Position numbers and translations under genes: made by a program. Below are positions 10,307-19,437 of a stretch of DNA of 64,000 nucleotides, in pieces. The stretch lies in assembly GCA_043783155.1 (NCBI GenBank), contig JAYVZS010000054.1, positions 85,667-149,666 on the forward strand. Reading direction: 5' to 3'. Below the pieces are notes generated by a model. It saw only the letters and a list, made by a program, of their open reading frames with translations, was not told where the DNA came from and made no database searches. Each line of letters begins with the position of its first letter. The first letter of the stretch is position 1. The stretch is from Bacteroidota bacterium. GTDB taxonomy: Bacteria > Bacteroidota > Bacteroidia > AKYH767-A > 2013-40CM-41-45.

Positions 10307-12247
10307 TCACTTTATCAAAGCAGCTTTTTCAAGAAATGACTTCGCCTTTACGCTATCGCCCGTTAATTGGTAACTGAGACCGATAAATTTATAGTTCTCA
10401 CTGTCCGTTGAATCAAGTTCAAGACACTTGCTGAAATTTTCAATGGCTTTTGCATATTGATGCAGGTAAACATAACAACGTCCTATATTTTTATACACGG
10501 CAGTATCTTGCGGACTCAGGTCAATTGCTTTTTGAAAAACAGGAATAGCTTGCGAATAATTTTCCAAACCCAATAACGCACATCCTTTGTTATTGAAAAC
10601 GTCCGCTTCAGTTTGGTTAGATTTTGTATACAAGTCAAGTTGAGTAATTGATTTTTCAAACTCTCCGTTTTTTAAATAGAGAAAGCCCAAACTTTTATGT
10701 GCATCCTGGTAGGAGGGGAGAATTGTTAATGCAGTTTCCAGTTCATGAATGGATTGAAGCAAAATTTCTTTTTTTGCTTCGCTGTTTTTCTCCAGGTAAT
10801 ATGCATCGTGCAGCAAAGCGACTCCGAGATTGTAATGCATCCTCGCACTGTTCTCCACAATTTTTACATCGTGACTATATAAAGAGAGGTTGCTTTTCCA
10901 GTCCTGACTTCGCGCAAAAGTTCGGATAGAATAAACTCCTGTCAGTAAAAAAGCTATAAGTAAAACGGATGAATTCAGAGAATAGAATTGTTTTATCCCG
11001 TTGTATTCCTGGTTGATGTTTTTCGTTTTTGAGTATTTTAGAAGCAAGAAAGAGATGGCTATGCAAAAGCCCAGCGACGGCATGTACATAAATCTTTCGG
11101 CCATCGTAGATCCGATTAAAAGAAATAAATTGGAAACAGGCGAAAGCGTAATCAAATAGAACAGGATGGCAAACGATAAGATATTTTTTTTTCTGAGAGT
11201 GAGAATAGCATAAAATCCAAGCGCGCTGTAAATGAACAGGGCGAAAATAGCAGCAGGACTGCTGAATGTCTGGATCGCTATTTGTGAAAAAGAATAGTCG
11301 GATGACAAAGGGTGAGGTACAATTAAAAGAAGAAGGTATTTTAATAAAATATAAAATGCTGTTGCCACCCGGCTGAAATAATTTTCTGCACCCACCATCG
11401 TGTTATCGAGTAATGGAACCTGGTAGACCACAGGAATCGATTCGAGAATTTTGTAACGAATGAATAAATAGATAGCCGCTGCCCCGGCTAACACCAATGT
11501 TATACCTCCGATTTTTTTATAGTTAGTGTCTTTGAAAAAGAAGAGTAGCAGGGGAATGACGACAAGGAATGTTATTCCGGTTTCTTTGGATGTGAGCGAA
11601 AAGAACAAAAATAATCCTGCCAATACGAGATAGAGGATCGAGTTTTTTGAATAATATTTTAAGACAAACAAGGATGAAACAATGCCGAAAAGAAAACATA
11701 GGATTTCATCGCGGCTTTTAATGTTATCGACAACTTCGGTGTGAATGGGATGAGCTGCGTATAGAAGTGCGCAGACAAAAGCGAAAATTAATTTTTGATT
11801 TTTAAATAGGTTATAAAGTAAAATAAACAGGAGGGAACAGGTAATCGCATACAGCAATACATTCATGAAATGGCTGACGTGCGGATTGCCGGGAAAGAAA
11901 TTCCATTCGATGGCAAACATGATGAGGGAAGCTGGCCTGTACTGCGGCACTCGTATATTTCCGGAATATCCAAACCAGTAGTCTGATTTGAGCAGGTCAG
12001 CGATTCCTGAGAATCCCCTGTTGACTATTTTATTTTGGGCAACAGAGGCAGTATCATCAAGTGTATAGTCAAAGGAAATACTTTGAAAATAGAGAGCGAA
12101 AGCAAACAGGCCAATTACGATCGCCAGTGTGATCTTTAGTTTTCCGGGAGCAATTGCAACGCTTGAAATATTTACTTTTCCAACATGTTTCAATTGCAGG
12201 TCTCCCTTCGCAAATGGTTTTTGTTGTTTCTTTTTCTGTTCTGACAT
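10307..12247 (-). CDS. TMTC-like GT-C membrane glycosyltransferase with C-terminal TPR repeats
   Basis: LDD loop, YRP, HPIHTEVV..I.SR, SKETG, AERFMYMPSLGF, followed by TPR-like repeats. Confidence 0.8.
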   Translation of the reverse strand: MSEQKKKQQKPFAKGDLQLKHVGKVNISSVAIAPGKLKITLAIVIGLFAFALYFQSISFDYTLDDTASVAQNKIVNRGFSGIADLLKSDYWFGYSGNIRVPQYRPASLIMFAIEWNFFPGNPHVSHFMNVLLYAITCSLLFILLYNLFKNQKLIFAFVCALLYAAHPIHTEVVDNIKSRDEILCFLFGIVSSLFVLKYYSKNSILYLVLAGLFLFFSLTSKETGITFLVVIPLLLFFFKDTNYKKIGGITLVLAGAAAIYLFIRYKILESIPVVYQVPLLDNTMVGAENYFSRVATAFYILLKYLLLLIVPHPLSSDYSFSQIAIQTFSSPAAIFALFIYSALGFYAILTLRKKNILSFAILFYLITLSPVSNLFLLIGSTMAERFMYMPSLGFCIAISFLLLKYSKTKNINQEYNGIKQFYSLNSSVLLIAFLLTGVYSIRTFARSQDWKSNLSLYSHDVKIVENSARMHYNLGVALLHDAYYLEKNSEAKKEILLQSIHELETALTILPSYQDAHKSLGFLYLKNGEFEKSITQLDLYTKSNQTEADVFNNKGCALLGLENYSQAIPVFQKAIDLSPQDTAVYKNIGRCYVYLHQYAKAIENFSKCLELDSTDSENYKFIGLSYQLTGDSVKAKSFLEKAALIK

Positions 12248-12481
12248 ATTTTGATACGAACCGATACTCCCATCAATTTGACGACTAAGTAATATAAAAG
12301 AATGAGACCATATTCAGGAATGGAGCAGATTTATTTAACAGCTTTGCTCATCTAGTTTTCCAGGGTGAAAAAAAACATGCTGTTAAAAACGTTGGTTTGA
12401 GGGTGGCTTGTAGCGGTTTTTAAGAGTATGTTTTTTGTGGGTGGGCTTTTGTTTTCTTCCGTCTTTATGATGAAGAAATTC

Positions 12482-13054
12482 TTATCCGGCAAAAAATATT
12501 CTCACAACTGTCCAATACAATGCAATGCAACCGATGACGCTTGATAGCGGAAATACAATTCTTTCTTTATACCAAATTTTTTTGCTAAACCATTTACTTA
12601 TTAAAAAGTATGCTAAAAGAATGATGGTAATTTGTCCGAACTCAACACCAAAGTTGAAGGAAAGCAATGCGCTTAAAAAATGAGTGGACGGTATTCCAAT
12701 TTCTTTTAGAGCAGAAGCAAAGCCCATTCCGTGTATTAAGCCGAAAAGAAAAATGATTACTAAACGATACGTGTTTATTTTATCGTGAACAATGTTTTCA
12801 ATGGAAGTAAATAGAATAGATACTGCAATGAGAGGTTCTATTATTTGTGATGACGGTATGAAGTATTCCGCTGCGGTTAGCCCTAACGATAAGCTGTGTG
12901 CAACTGTGAATACAGAACATTGAATGATTACTGATTTTACATCAGAGTTAAGAAAAAAAATACTTAAAATAAAAAGAATGTGGTCAAATCCCAATGGTAT
13001 TACGTGCGTAAATCCTAATTGCAGATATTGCTTTATGATTTCAAATAAGCTCAT
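12482..13054 (-). CDS. HupE/UreJ family membrane protein (putative Ni/Co/metal transporter)
   Basis: GFTHVIPLGFDHILF, FTVAHSLSL, FGLIHGMGFA, FNFGVEFGQ. Confidence 0.88.
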   Translation of the reverse strand: MSLFEIIKQYLQLGFTHVIPLGFDHILFILSIFFLNSDVKSVIIQCSVFTVAHSLSLGLTAAEYFIPSSQIIEPLIAVSILFTSIENIVHDKINTYRLVIIFLFGLIHGMGFASALKEIGIPSTHFLSALLSFNFGVEFGQITIILLAYFLISKWFSKKIWYKERIVFPLSSVIGCIALYWTVVRIFFAG

Positions 13055-13064
13055 TGAAAAATAT

Positions 13065-14246
13065 TTACTCTTTTAAAAGTTTGATTACAGAATTTGTTTT
13101 GTCAAATACTTTTAAAAAGTAAATTCCATTCGTGAGAAAGAAAAAGTTTTGTTGTTCAATATTTGTTCCGGAATAAATTATTTGTCCGACACAATTTGTG
13201 AGTTCAAATATTTCATCGCCATCTTTATTTTTTAAACTAATGGTTGAAGCAAATGGATTCGGATAAATTATCGTACCCGATATTTTAATTTCGCTTACTC
13301 CGGTAGTAGTTAGATTTCCACTTACACAAATTAAATTGTGTTTGAGTGTTTTAAAATCATACGTTGTAATTCCAAATTGTGTATCCAAATACCATGCTTT
13401 GGTTGTTTGATTCGGTAAGGTTGTAGATGACCAGTATTTGTTTGCGCTCATTACACCAAAGAAATTTGTGTTCAATGATGGACTGATCATCGTCTCATCA
13501 GTGATGGATTGCAACTCTTTAATGTTGGGCAAACGCCAGTTTCGTATGCCTGTTAGTGAAAGTGTATCAGCGTATGTGAGCGATTGTTCCCATGTCAGTG
13601 TATCTGCATAAGGAATTTGCTGCCAAATTAAATTCGTGAGATTATCTGTAATTGTTCCGTCACCATTGTTTGTAAAATGATTTGGAATTACCGATGGAGT
13701 TGTAATGTCTCTCACCACTCTTACATGAAATCTTTTTATTCCGCCTGCACTAATGGTTTCTGTTTTAGGATGATTGCCGATCCCTCCTCCCGCATTTGTA
13801 ACCCAAACTTTGTTGCTGTCGTTTGCCTGTCGGTCGCTTGTCCACCAATATTCGGCAAGTGTTGCTGTAAATACTGAAACATCTAAAGCAGGATTGCTGT
13901 GTTGATGATTGAGAATACTAAATGATTCGTGTGCGTTAGGCAATCGCCAATCTGTGTAACCTCCAAGCGTAAGTGTATCACAATATAAGATTGCATTTTC
14001 AATTGTCATTTCTCCTCCGTCAGTTTGTTGCCACATCAATCCAGTGATGGTGTCGGTTACTGTTCCGTTTCCATTCAGCATAAAAAATGGAGCATTGATT
14101 GTATAGTCATTGTCTTCTCCAAATGTTGTTGTGTAACTTGTTGTTTCACCTGTGTCGGGTAATCGCAACATTGTTTTGTTGGTGTTTTGTGCAAAGGTTA
14201 TTATGGCAATCAGGCAAAAGTGAGCAACGAGAAGTATTATTTTCAT
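13065..14246 (-). CDS. Double DUF1566 (Lcl-C)-domain protein with T9SS type A CTD
   Basis: Signal peptide ...TFA|Q; two copies of GTVTD..TGLMWQQ...WRLPN..E; C-terminal YPNPF...GIYFLKV. Confidence 0.85.
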   Translation of the reverse strand: MKIILLVAHFCLIAIITFAQNTNKTMLRLPDTGETTSYTTTFGEDNDYTINAPFFMLNGNGTVTDTITGLMWQQTDGGEMTIENAILYCDTLTLGGYTDWRLPNAHESFSILNHQHSNPALDVSVFTATLAEYWWTSDRQANDSNKVWVTNAGGGIGNHPKTETISAGGIKRFHVRVVRDITTPSVIPNHFTNNGDGTITDNLTNLIWQQIPYADTLTWEQSLTYADTLSLTGIRNWRLPNIKELQSITDETMISPSLNTNFFGVMSANKYWSSTTLPNQTTKAWYLDTQFGITTYDFKTLKHNLICVSGNLTTTGVSEIKISGTIIYPNPFASTISLKNKDGDEIFELTNCVGQIIYSGTNIEQQNFFFLTNGIYFLKVFDKTNSVIKLLKE

Positions 14247-15479
14247 TTATTGAATAATTAATTTTTGATTAAATTGATAATCGCCTACCGTGATTTTAAC
14301 GACATAAACTCCGCAAGGAATATTATCCAGGAAGACTTTTCCTGAATAGTTAGCGGTCTCAAAAATTTTCTCTCCGGAAGAATTAAAAATGCTGATATTT
14401 ATTATTTGGTTATTTTTAATTGTGCTGTCAAAAGTAATTTGAAATTCTTTTTTTGCAGGGTTGGGGAAAATGTGAATTGCTTTATTCATGTTTCCATTTT
14501 GCATTATACCAGTGATGGAAGAAACAGTATGCCGCACAATAACTTCATTATCTAAAATAAGATTGGTGCTCCAAATAAATTGCGCATCATCGGAAGGGTC
14601 GTCAAAAATGTTTGTGAAATTGGTGTAGGCAGGTTTGTTGTTTACGCCAACAGTTGCGTTAGAATAAATTGTTGCAGTTGGAAATATTGAATCATTAAAA
14701 GATGCGTCCATCCAATTTGATGGTCTGCTCCAATGCAAACCGTAATAACTTGTTCCATTGTTTGAATCTTGTGTGCTGCAATTATTTGAAAGACGCTGTG
14801 AACCATTTTCAGCCGGACAAGTTAAATCAATGATTGGGGACGTATAAAAAGTTTGCGCTTTCCAATCACTTCCTGTTGTTGCGATAATATTGTTTAACGA
14901 ATCTTTAAAAACCGCCACCATTCCTCCATCTCCCATGTGATATAGAAAACCATTATTGTTTTCGCAACCAACTCCCAAGTGTTCTTCCCAATCAACTAAC
15001 AGCATTGCAATCGTAAAAGGTCTGTTAACCCTGAAGCGGATAATGTTTGAATTGAATTGCGTGTAAGGAACATTGTCTTTGCCGACAGCAATTCCATTGA
15101 TGTACATTTCAAAATAATTGTCGGCAAAAATGAAAGCGGTAATTAATTCCCCGTTTGCGTCAATGTTAATAATATCAGAACCATTTAATGCAGCCAATGC
15201 TAAAGCAGATGTTGCATACGTTGCGCCCGTGCAAGGATTGTAAAGGTTGGATGCAAACGGAAAAGAGGTGTTTGTAAAATTAACGACAGCAGGCACCGTC
15301 CAAACGGTAGCATCAGTAGCGGTAATAGAACCGATGTCGGTGATTCTTCCATTGGTGCACGAATAAAGATTAGCAGATGTAGTTATTGCTAATCCTTGAG
15401 TGACGGAAGCAGTTCCCATATATTGAGCGTTCGCAAAAAAAGGGAAGTAGAATAAGAATAAATAAATTGATTGTTTCAT
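14247..15479 (-). CDS. Secreted protein of unknown function (lectin/beta-sandwich-like) with T9SS type A CTD
   Basis: Signal peptide ...ANA|Q; ADNYFEMYING, TGSDWKA, W.DASFNDS; C-terminal IFPNPA...GVYVVKI...QKLIIQ. Confidence 0.8.
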   Translation of the reverse strand: MKQSIYLFLFYFPFFANAQYMGTASVTQGLAITTSANLYSCTNGRITDIGSITATDATVWTVPAVVNFTNTSFPFASNLYNPCTGATYATSALALAALNGSDIINIDANGELITAFIFADNYFEMYINGIAVGKDNVPYTQFNSNIIRFRVNRPFTIAMLLVDWEEHLGVGCENNNGFLYHMGDGGMVAVFKDSLNNIIATTGSDWKAQTFYTSPIIDLTCPAENGSQRLSNNCSTQDSNNGTSYYGLHWSRPSNWMDASFNDSIFPTATIYSNATVGVNNKPAYTNFTNIFDDPSDDAQFIWSTNLILDNEVIVRHTVSSITGIMQNGNMNKAIHIFPNPAKKEFQITFDSTIKNNQIINISIFNSSGEKIFETANYSGKVFLDNIPCGVYVVKITVGDYQFNQKLIIQ

Positions 15480-15510
15480 TAATTTTTACTTAATTGTTTT
15501 TATTTATTCG

Positions 15511-17130
15511 TTATTGAACAACTAACTTTTTAGTCAATTGATTTTTTGGAAACTGAATTTTCACAACATAAACGCCCTTTGCTAAATTTTTAATTGCAGT
15601 GGTTTGCTGATAATGTTGCGTCTTATAAATCAATTCACCTTTCAAATTATAAATAGAAATTTCCTGAACATCTTTTTCCTGAACAGCATTACTTAATCGC
15701 AAAGAAAAACTTTCATGAGTTGGATTCGGATAAATCATCACATCATTATTTGCAGCAACAATTTCATTTACCGATGTTGGAACAACACAGGGAACAAAAC
15801 CATTGTAAGTGGAAGTAGTAGTACCCGTTTGAGTGTAAAAATTAAAAACATATTGACCGCCAGTTGTCCAATTGTAAACCATTGAATCAGTGTTGCCGCT
15901 TAATGTATATGTCAACGTGTAACCGTTGTTAGTTGCATTGGGTTGGCAATTTGTAATCACTGCACCGGGCAATGGATTTTGTCCCGGACGAATAGGATTT
16001 GCATGTGGCTGCGGAATAATTTGATGCGTTGTGTCTTCAGTTACAACTCCAACCATGTAGCCAATCATGTAAGGTGCGGCAGCCACTCCGTGATAATGAT
16101 AAACTCCGTTTGTGCCGAAGTGCCCGTTGTTTGTATCAAGCGGAGCCATTGCAGAACCATCCGGTTCTAAATTTCCATACACTGCAAAACCATCTAATGC
16201 ATAAGCGATGGGCAAAGTTGGTGAAGTGAAATTATACAAACTCATGGGTGCGATGTGATAATGATAATCATCTGCACGTCCGCAATGTCCGCCCCAATTA
16301 TCTAATTGCCCTGTGAGAAATGCATCAGCACCTGTATTTGTATAAGGATTAAAAATAGCAATACCATTTACTGCAACTGCAATTGCACCTCTTGTAAAAT
16401 GCGCAGGACTTACGGGAACAGGCGTCGCTGCAAGAACCGGACTTAATGGAATGCTCCAGGCATTGTTGCCGACATAACATTGCGGAATGGGAACTTGCTG
16501 TTGCCAGTTTGTAATACCGGTCATCATTGGATGAGTAGCAGGTATGCCGTTTGATTCTACATAAAAATAATTAGCATCCCAGTGGGTATAAACATTGGGT
16601 TTGAATGGTGTGAAAGCTGAATCAACAAAAAGAGGATCTGTTATGCTTTGCATGGATTGAAAAACTTTAGTTGTGAAACTGAACAGTGTCATAACTACAC
16701 CAACTGATAAAATAGGAATTAAATATTTTAGTTTCGCTCTGTCTGCAACTTTATAAAAATAGAAGCCAAGTACGATGAGAATTAGTACCACAATTAAAAT
16801 TTTTAAATAAATTGGAGATTGCCTTTCAACTTGCTTTGAATTTTGAACAAACGGTTTGTAATTTAATTCTTTTACCCATTCCGCTTTTTTTAGTGCAAAC
16901 GCCTGGTCTTCTTTAGAAAAATAGGCCATTGGATAATTTACAATTTTATTATTCGCATCTTCTATAAAAATATTTTCATTTTTATACATGTAAAAAGAAC
17001 CGTCAACAGATTTGTTTTCCCTTTCAACAATCCAATGCCTTAAAATTACTTTATCATAATTAATGGTATGTGCAGAAAGGAAGTTGCTCAAGAGAAAAAG
17101 GAGTATGACTAAAATGTTTTTGATTTTCAT
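15511..17130 (-). CDS. YHYH-domain protein with N-terminal SHD1-like domain, two hydrophobic segments and T9SS type A CTD
   Basis: GGHCGRADDYHYH and NGHFGTNGVYHYH, AIAVAVNGIAIF, AYALDGFAVYG; C-terminal IYPNPT...GVYVVKI...KKLVVQ. Confidence 0.88.
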   Translation of the reverse strand: MKIKNILVILLFLLSNFLSAHTINYDKVILRHWIVERENKSVDGSFYMYKNENIFIEDANNKIVNYPMAYFSKEDQAFALKKAEWVKELNYKPFVQNSKQVERQSPIYLKILIVVLILIVLGFYFYKVADRAKLKYLIPILSVGVVMTLFSFTTKVFQSMQSITDPLFVDSAFTPFKPNVYTHWDANYFYVESNGIPATHPMMTGITNWQQQVPIPQCYVGNNAWSIPLSPVLAATPVPVSPAHFTRGAIAVAVNGIAIFNPYTNTGADAFLTGQLDNWGGHCGRADDYHYHIAPMSLYNFTSPTLPIAYALDGFAVYGNLEPDGSAMAPLDTNNGHFGTNGVYHYHGVAAAPYMIGYMVGVVTEDTTHQIIPQPHANPIRPGQNPLPGAVITNCQPNATNNGYTLTYTLSGNTDSMVYNWTTGGQYVFNFYTQTGTTTSTYNGFVPCVVPTSVNEIVAANNDVMIYPNPTHESFSLRLSNAVQEKDVQEISIYNLKGELIYKTQHYQQTTAIKNLAKGVYVVKIQFPKNQLTKKLVVQ

Positions 17131-17146
17131 TTTTTATTAGGTTTTG

Positions 17147-17782
17147 TTATTTTCTAAAGTGTATCTGGCAGCCCAACGATTTTGATTCTTTTATTTCAAC
17201 TTCTTTTCCTTTCAGCAAAGCGTCAACAGCATTGGCGACATATTGATTTTTCACTTTCTCCGGCTCGGCACCATTGTCATCAATGGCTCCGTTGTATTTA
17301 ATTATGTATTCTCCTTTTTCTTTCCACACGACAAAGGCATGTGGGGTTTTTTGCGCCCCGAAATTTTTTGCCGCTGTTTGTGAGCCATCAAATAAATAAG
17401 GGAAGTTAAATTTCTCCTGCTTTGCTTTCGCAATCATTTTAGAGTAAGTATCCTCTTCATACGCAACTGTATCTGTTGAGCTGATTGCAATTAAAGGCAC
17501 GCCTGATGATTTGTACTTCGTGTTCAACTTGCTCATTCTATCCGGATACAATTTTGCAAACGGGCAGTGATTACAAGTGAAAACAATAATGAATCCTTTT
17601 GCATTTTTATAATCAGACAATGAAATGGTTTTTCCGTCAATATTTTTTAATCTGAAATCATTAATGGAGTTACCAATAATTGATTTTGTTTCATAACGGA
17701 AACTTTGGAATATAAAAATAACTAAGATTAGCGCAGCTGTAGTTGCGAATACAGAACAAGTTTTGATTATTTTATTTTTCAT
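17147..17782 (-). CDS. Exported thioredoxin-fold redoxin (AhpC/TSA-like)
   Basis: N-terminal anchor; FTCNHCPF, FPYLFD, GAQKTP, YNGAIDDN, SLGCQI. Confidence 0.88.
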   Translation of the reverse strand: MKNKIIKTCSVFATTAALILVIFIFQSFRYETKSIIGNSINDFRLKNIDGKTISLSDYKNAKGFIIVFTCNHCPFAKLYPDRMSKLNTKYKSSGVPLIAISSTDTVAYEEDTYSKMIAKAKQEKFNFPYLFDGSQTAAKNFGAQKTPHAFVVWKEKGEYIIKYNGAIDDNGAEPEKVKNQYVANAVDALLKGKEVEIKESKSLGCQIHFRK

Positions 17783-19431
17783 TCTTTAATAATTTTTTCA
17801 GTGACAGTGATTTTGTTTTTAGTGGTTGTGATCTGTAAAAAATAGATTCCATTTGATAAGTATGAAAAATCTTGTGTTTCGATTTGCTGACCACTATAAA
17901 TAATTTGCCCTAAGCAATTCTTTAATTCAAATAGTTTATCCTCATTTTTTGATTGGAAATTAATATGTGTTTTAAAAGGATTAGGATAGGCTTGCGAAAT
18001 TATATCAGAAACATTATTAGGTTCATTCAATCCTGTTACCATTGTACAATTGTATGGCAATGGATTCAATTCAATTGGATTTCCTGGTGTCAATGTTTGT
18101 CCGATGAAACCATTGTAATGGGTAGGATAAAAAACACATCTGAATGTTTCATTCGCGTGAGTCGTGGTGCCTTGAGAAATAGGACCTGTGCTATCAACGG
18201 GATTTTTATAATCCCATACTATATTACTTAAAGAATCTATTTCAAAGAAATGTCCTTTTGTAGCTTCGCAAATTAAAGTGTTCCCGTTTATGAGCCTTTG
18301 AGCACCACCCATTACAGGTGTGTAGAAACTTGTCGGCACAGCAGCCATATAAGTCCAATCTGTAATAATAGGACCATATGGCTGACCGGCAGCTAAAGTG
18401 TAATCACCAAAGGCATCAACGGGTTGCGAAATAATATCAACGGAAGCAGCATTGCCACCCGGTCTGTTAACACCATTGTTAAAAATCATAATTTTATTTT
18501 CACCCGGATATGTTTGAGGAATCCATGTAGGATTATGTTGTTGAAATAATTTCCGGTCTGCAACAGTACCTCTGTTATATGCCTGCGGATTTCCCCACCG
18601 GTATAAAAAGTCACCTCCTATATTATGATTTCCTCCGCTGTGGGTAGCTGCTTGCGCAGTAGTAGTGCTATGGTCAATTATATATATTTCACTTAAATTA
18701 TGAGAACTAAATAGTACCTGGTCAAGAGTTGGATTGTAGGTAACCGAATTCAAATGTATCCAGTCAACCTGTGTGGCGGTGTTAGTACCATTAAAATTAA
18801 TATTAAGAAGTTCAGGATGGTCTGTAACCACACCGTAATTTGTTTTTGTTGAATCATAATCCTGAACAAGATGGTCAAAAAGATTCCACTGCCACACAAT
18901 GTTTCCACCTGTAGCGCCTACCGGTTGTATCTCTTCTAATTTTGCACTCCACAAAGAATTACCAACAATTGTTGGATTTCTACCAGCTGCTATTGCTTGT
19001 GCAGCAGTGTAACTTGTCCATATTGCTACAATAATATTTCCATTTGGCAACGGACAAATGTCATGGTTTTGAATTTCAGTAGCGGTTGAAATAGTATAAG
19101 ACCATGTTAGATTATTATTCCAGTCATATTTTTCAATCATTCCACCTGCAGAACCCTGACCGTTGAAGGCTGCATTCTGAATCTTTTCACTTCGTAATAA
19201 ACTTCCATCAGGAAGTAAATAAACTGACATGCCGGGATTGTGGGGACTTGCCCACTGATGAATTTTTTTGCCACATTTATCAATAAGATAAGTGGTATCC
19301 GAGCGAATAGGAGCAAACAAAACATAGCCATCTAACGAACCTGCGTTTTGTGTAAACAATCCTACTGTTTGCTGTGCTTTTGCAGATAATACAACTACAA
19401 ATAATAGATATGCAATTATTATTTTTTTCAT
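17779..19431 (-). CDS. Aryl-sulfate sulfotransferase family beta-propeller protein with T9SS type A CTD
   Basis: NHDICPLPNGN, IVWQWNLFDH, DWIHLNSV, QQHNPTW, GGAQRLINGNTLI; C-terminal YPNPF...GIYFLQI. Confidence 0.82.
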   Translation of the reverse strand: MKKIIIAYLLFVVVLSAKAQQTVGLFTQNAGSLDGYVLFAPIRSDTTYLIDKCGKKIHQWASPHNPGMSVYLLPDGSLLRSEKIQNAAFNGQGSAGGMIEKYDWNNNLTWSYTISTATEIQNHDICPLPNGNIIVAIWTSYTAAQAIAAGRNPTIVGNSLWSAKLEEIQPVGATGGNIVWQWNLFDHLVQDYDSTKTNYGVVTDHPELLNINFNGTNTATQVDWIHLNSVTYNPTLDQVLFSSHNLSEIYIIDHSTTTAQAATHSGGNHNIGGDFLYRWGNPQAYNRGTVADRKLFQQHNPTWIPQTYPGENKIMIFNNGVNRPGGNAASVDIISQPVDAFGDYTLAAGQPYGPIITDWTYMAAVPTSFYTPVMGGAQRLINGNTLICEATKGHFFEIDSLSNIVWDYKNPVDSTGPISQGTTTHANETFRCVFYPTHYNGFIGQTLTPGNPIELNPLPYNCTMVTGLNEPNNVSDIISQAYPNPFKTHINFQSKNEDKLFELKNCLGQIIYSGQQIETQDFSYLSNGIYFLQITTTKNKITVTEKIIKE

Positions 19432-19437
19432 TTTTAT

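Noticed and set aside
12334-12387. TTTAACAGC...GCTGTTAAA inverted repeat at the island's left flank
   Set aside because: AT-rich 9-bp arms with a 36-nt loop; too weak to call a terminator or attachment site.
13065-14246. DUF1566 protein as a diversity-generating retroelement target
   Set aside because: No reverse transcriptase or template repeat in the window; the two domains differ broadly, not only at adenines.
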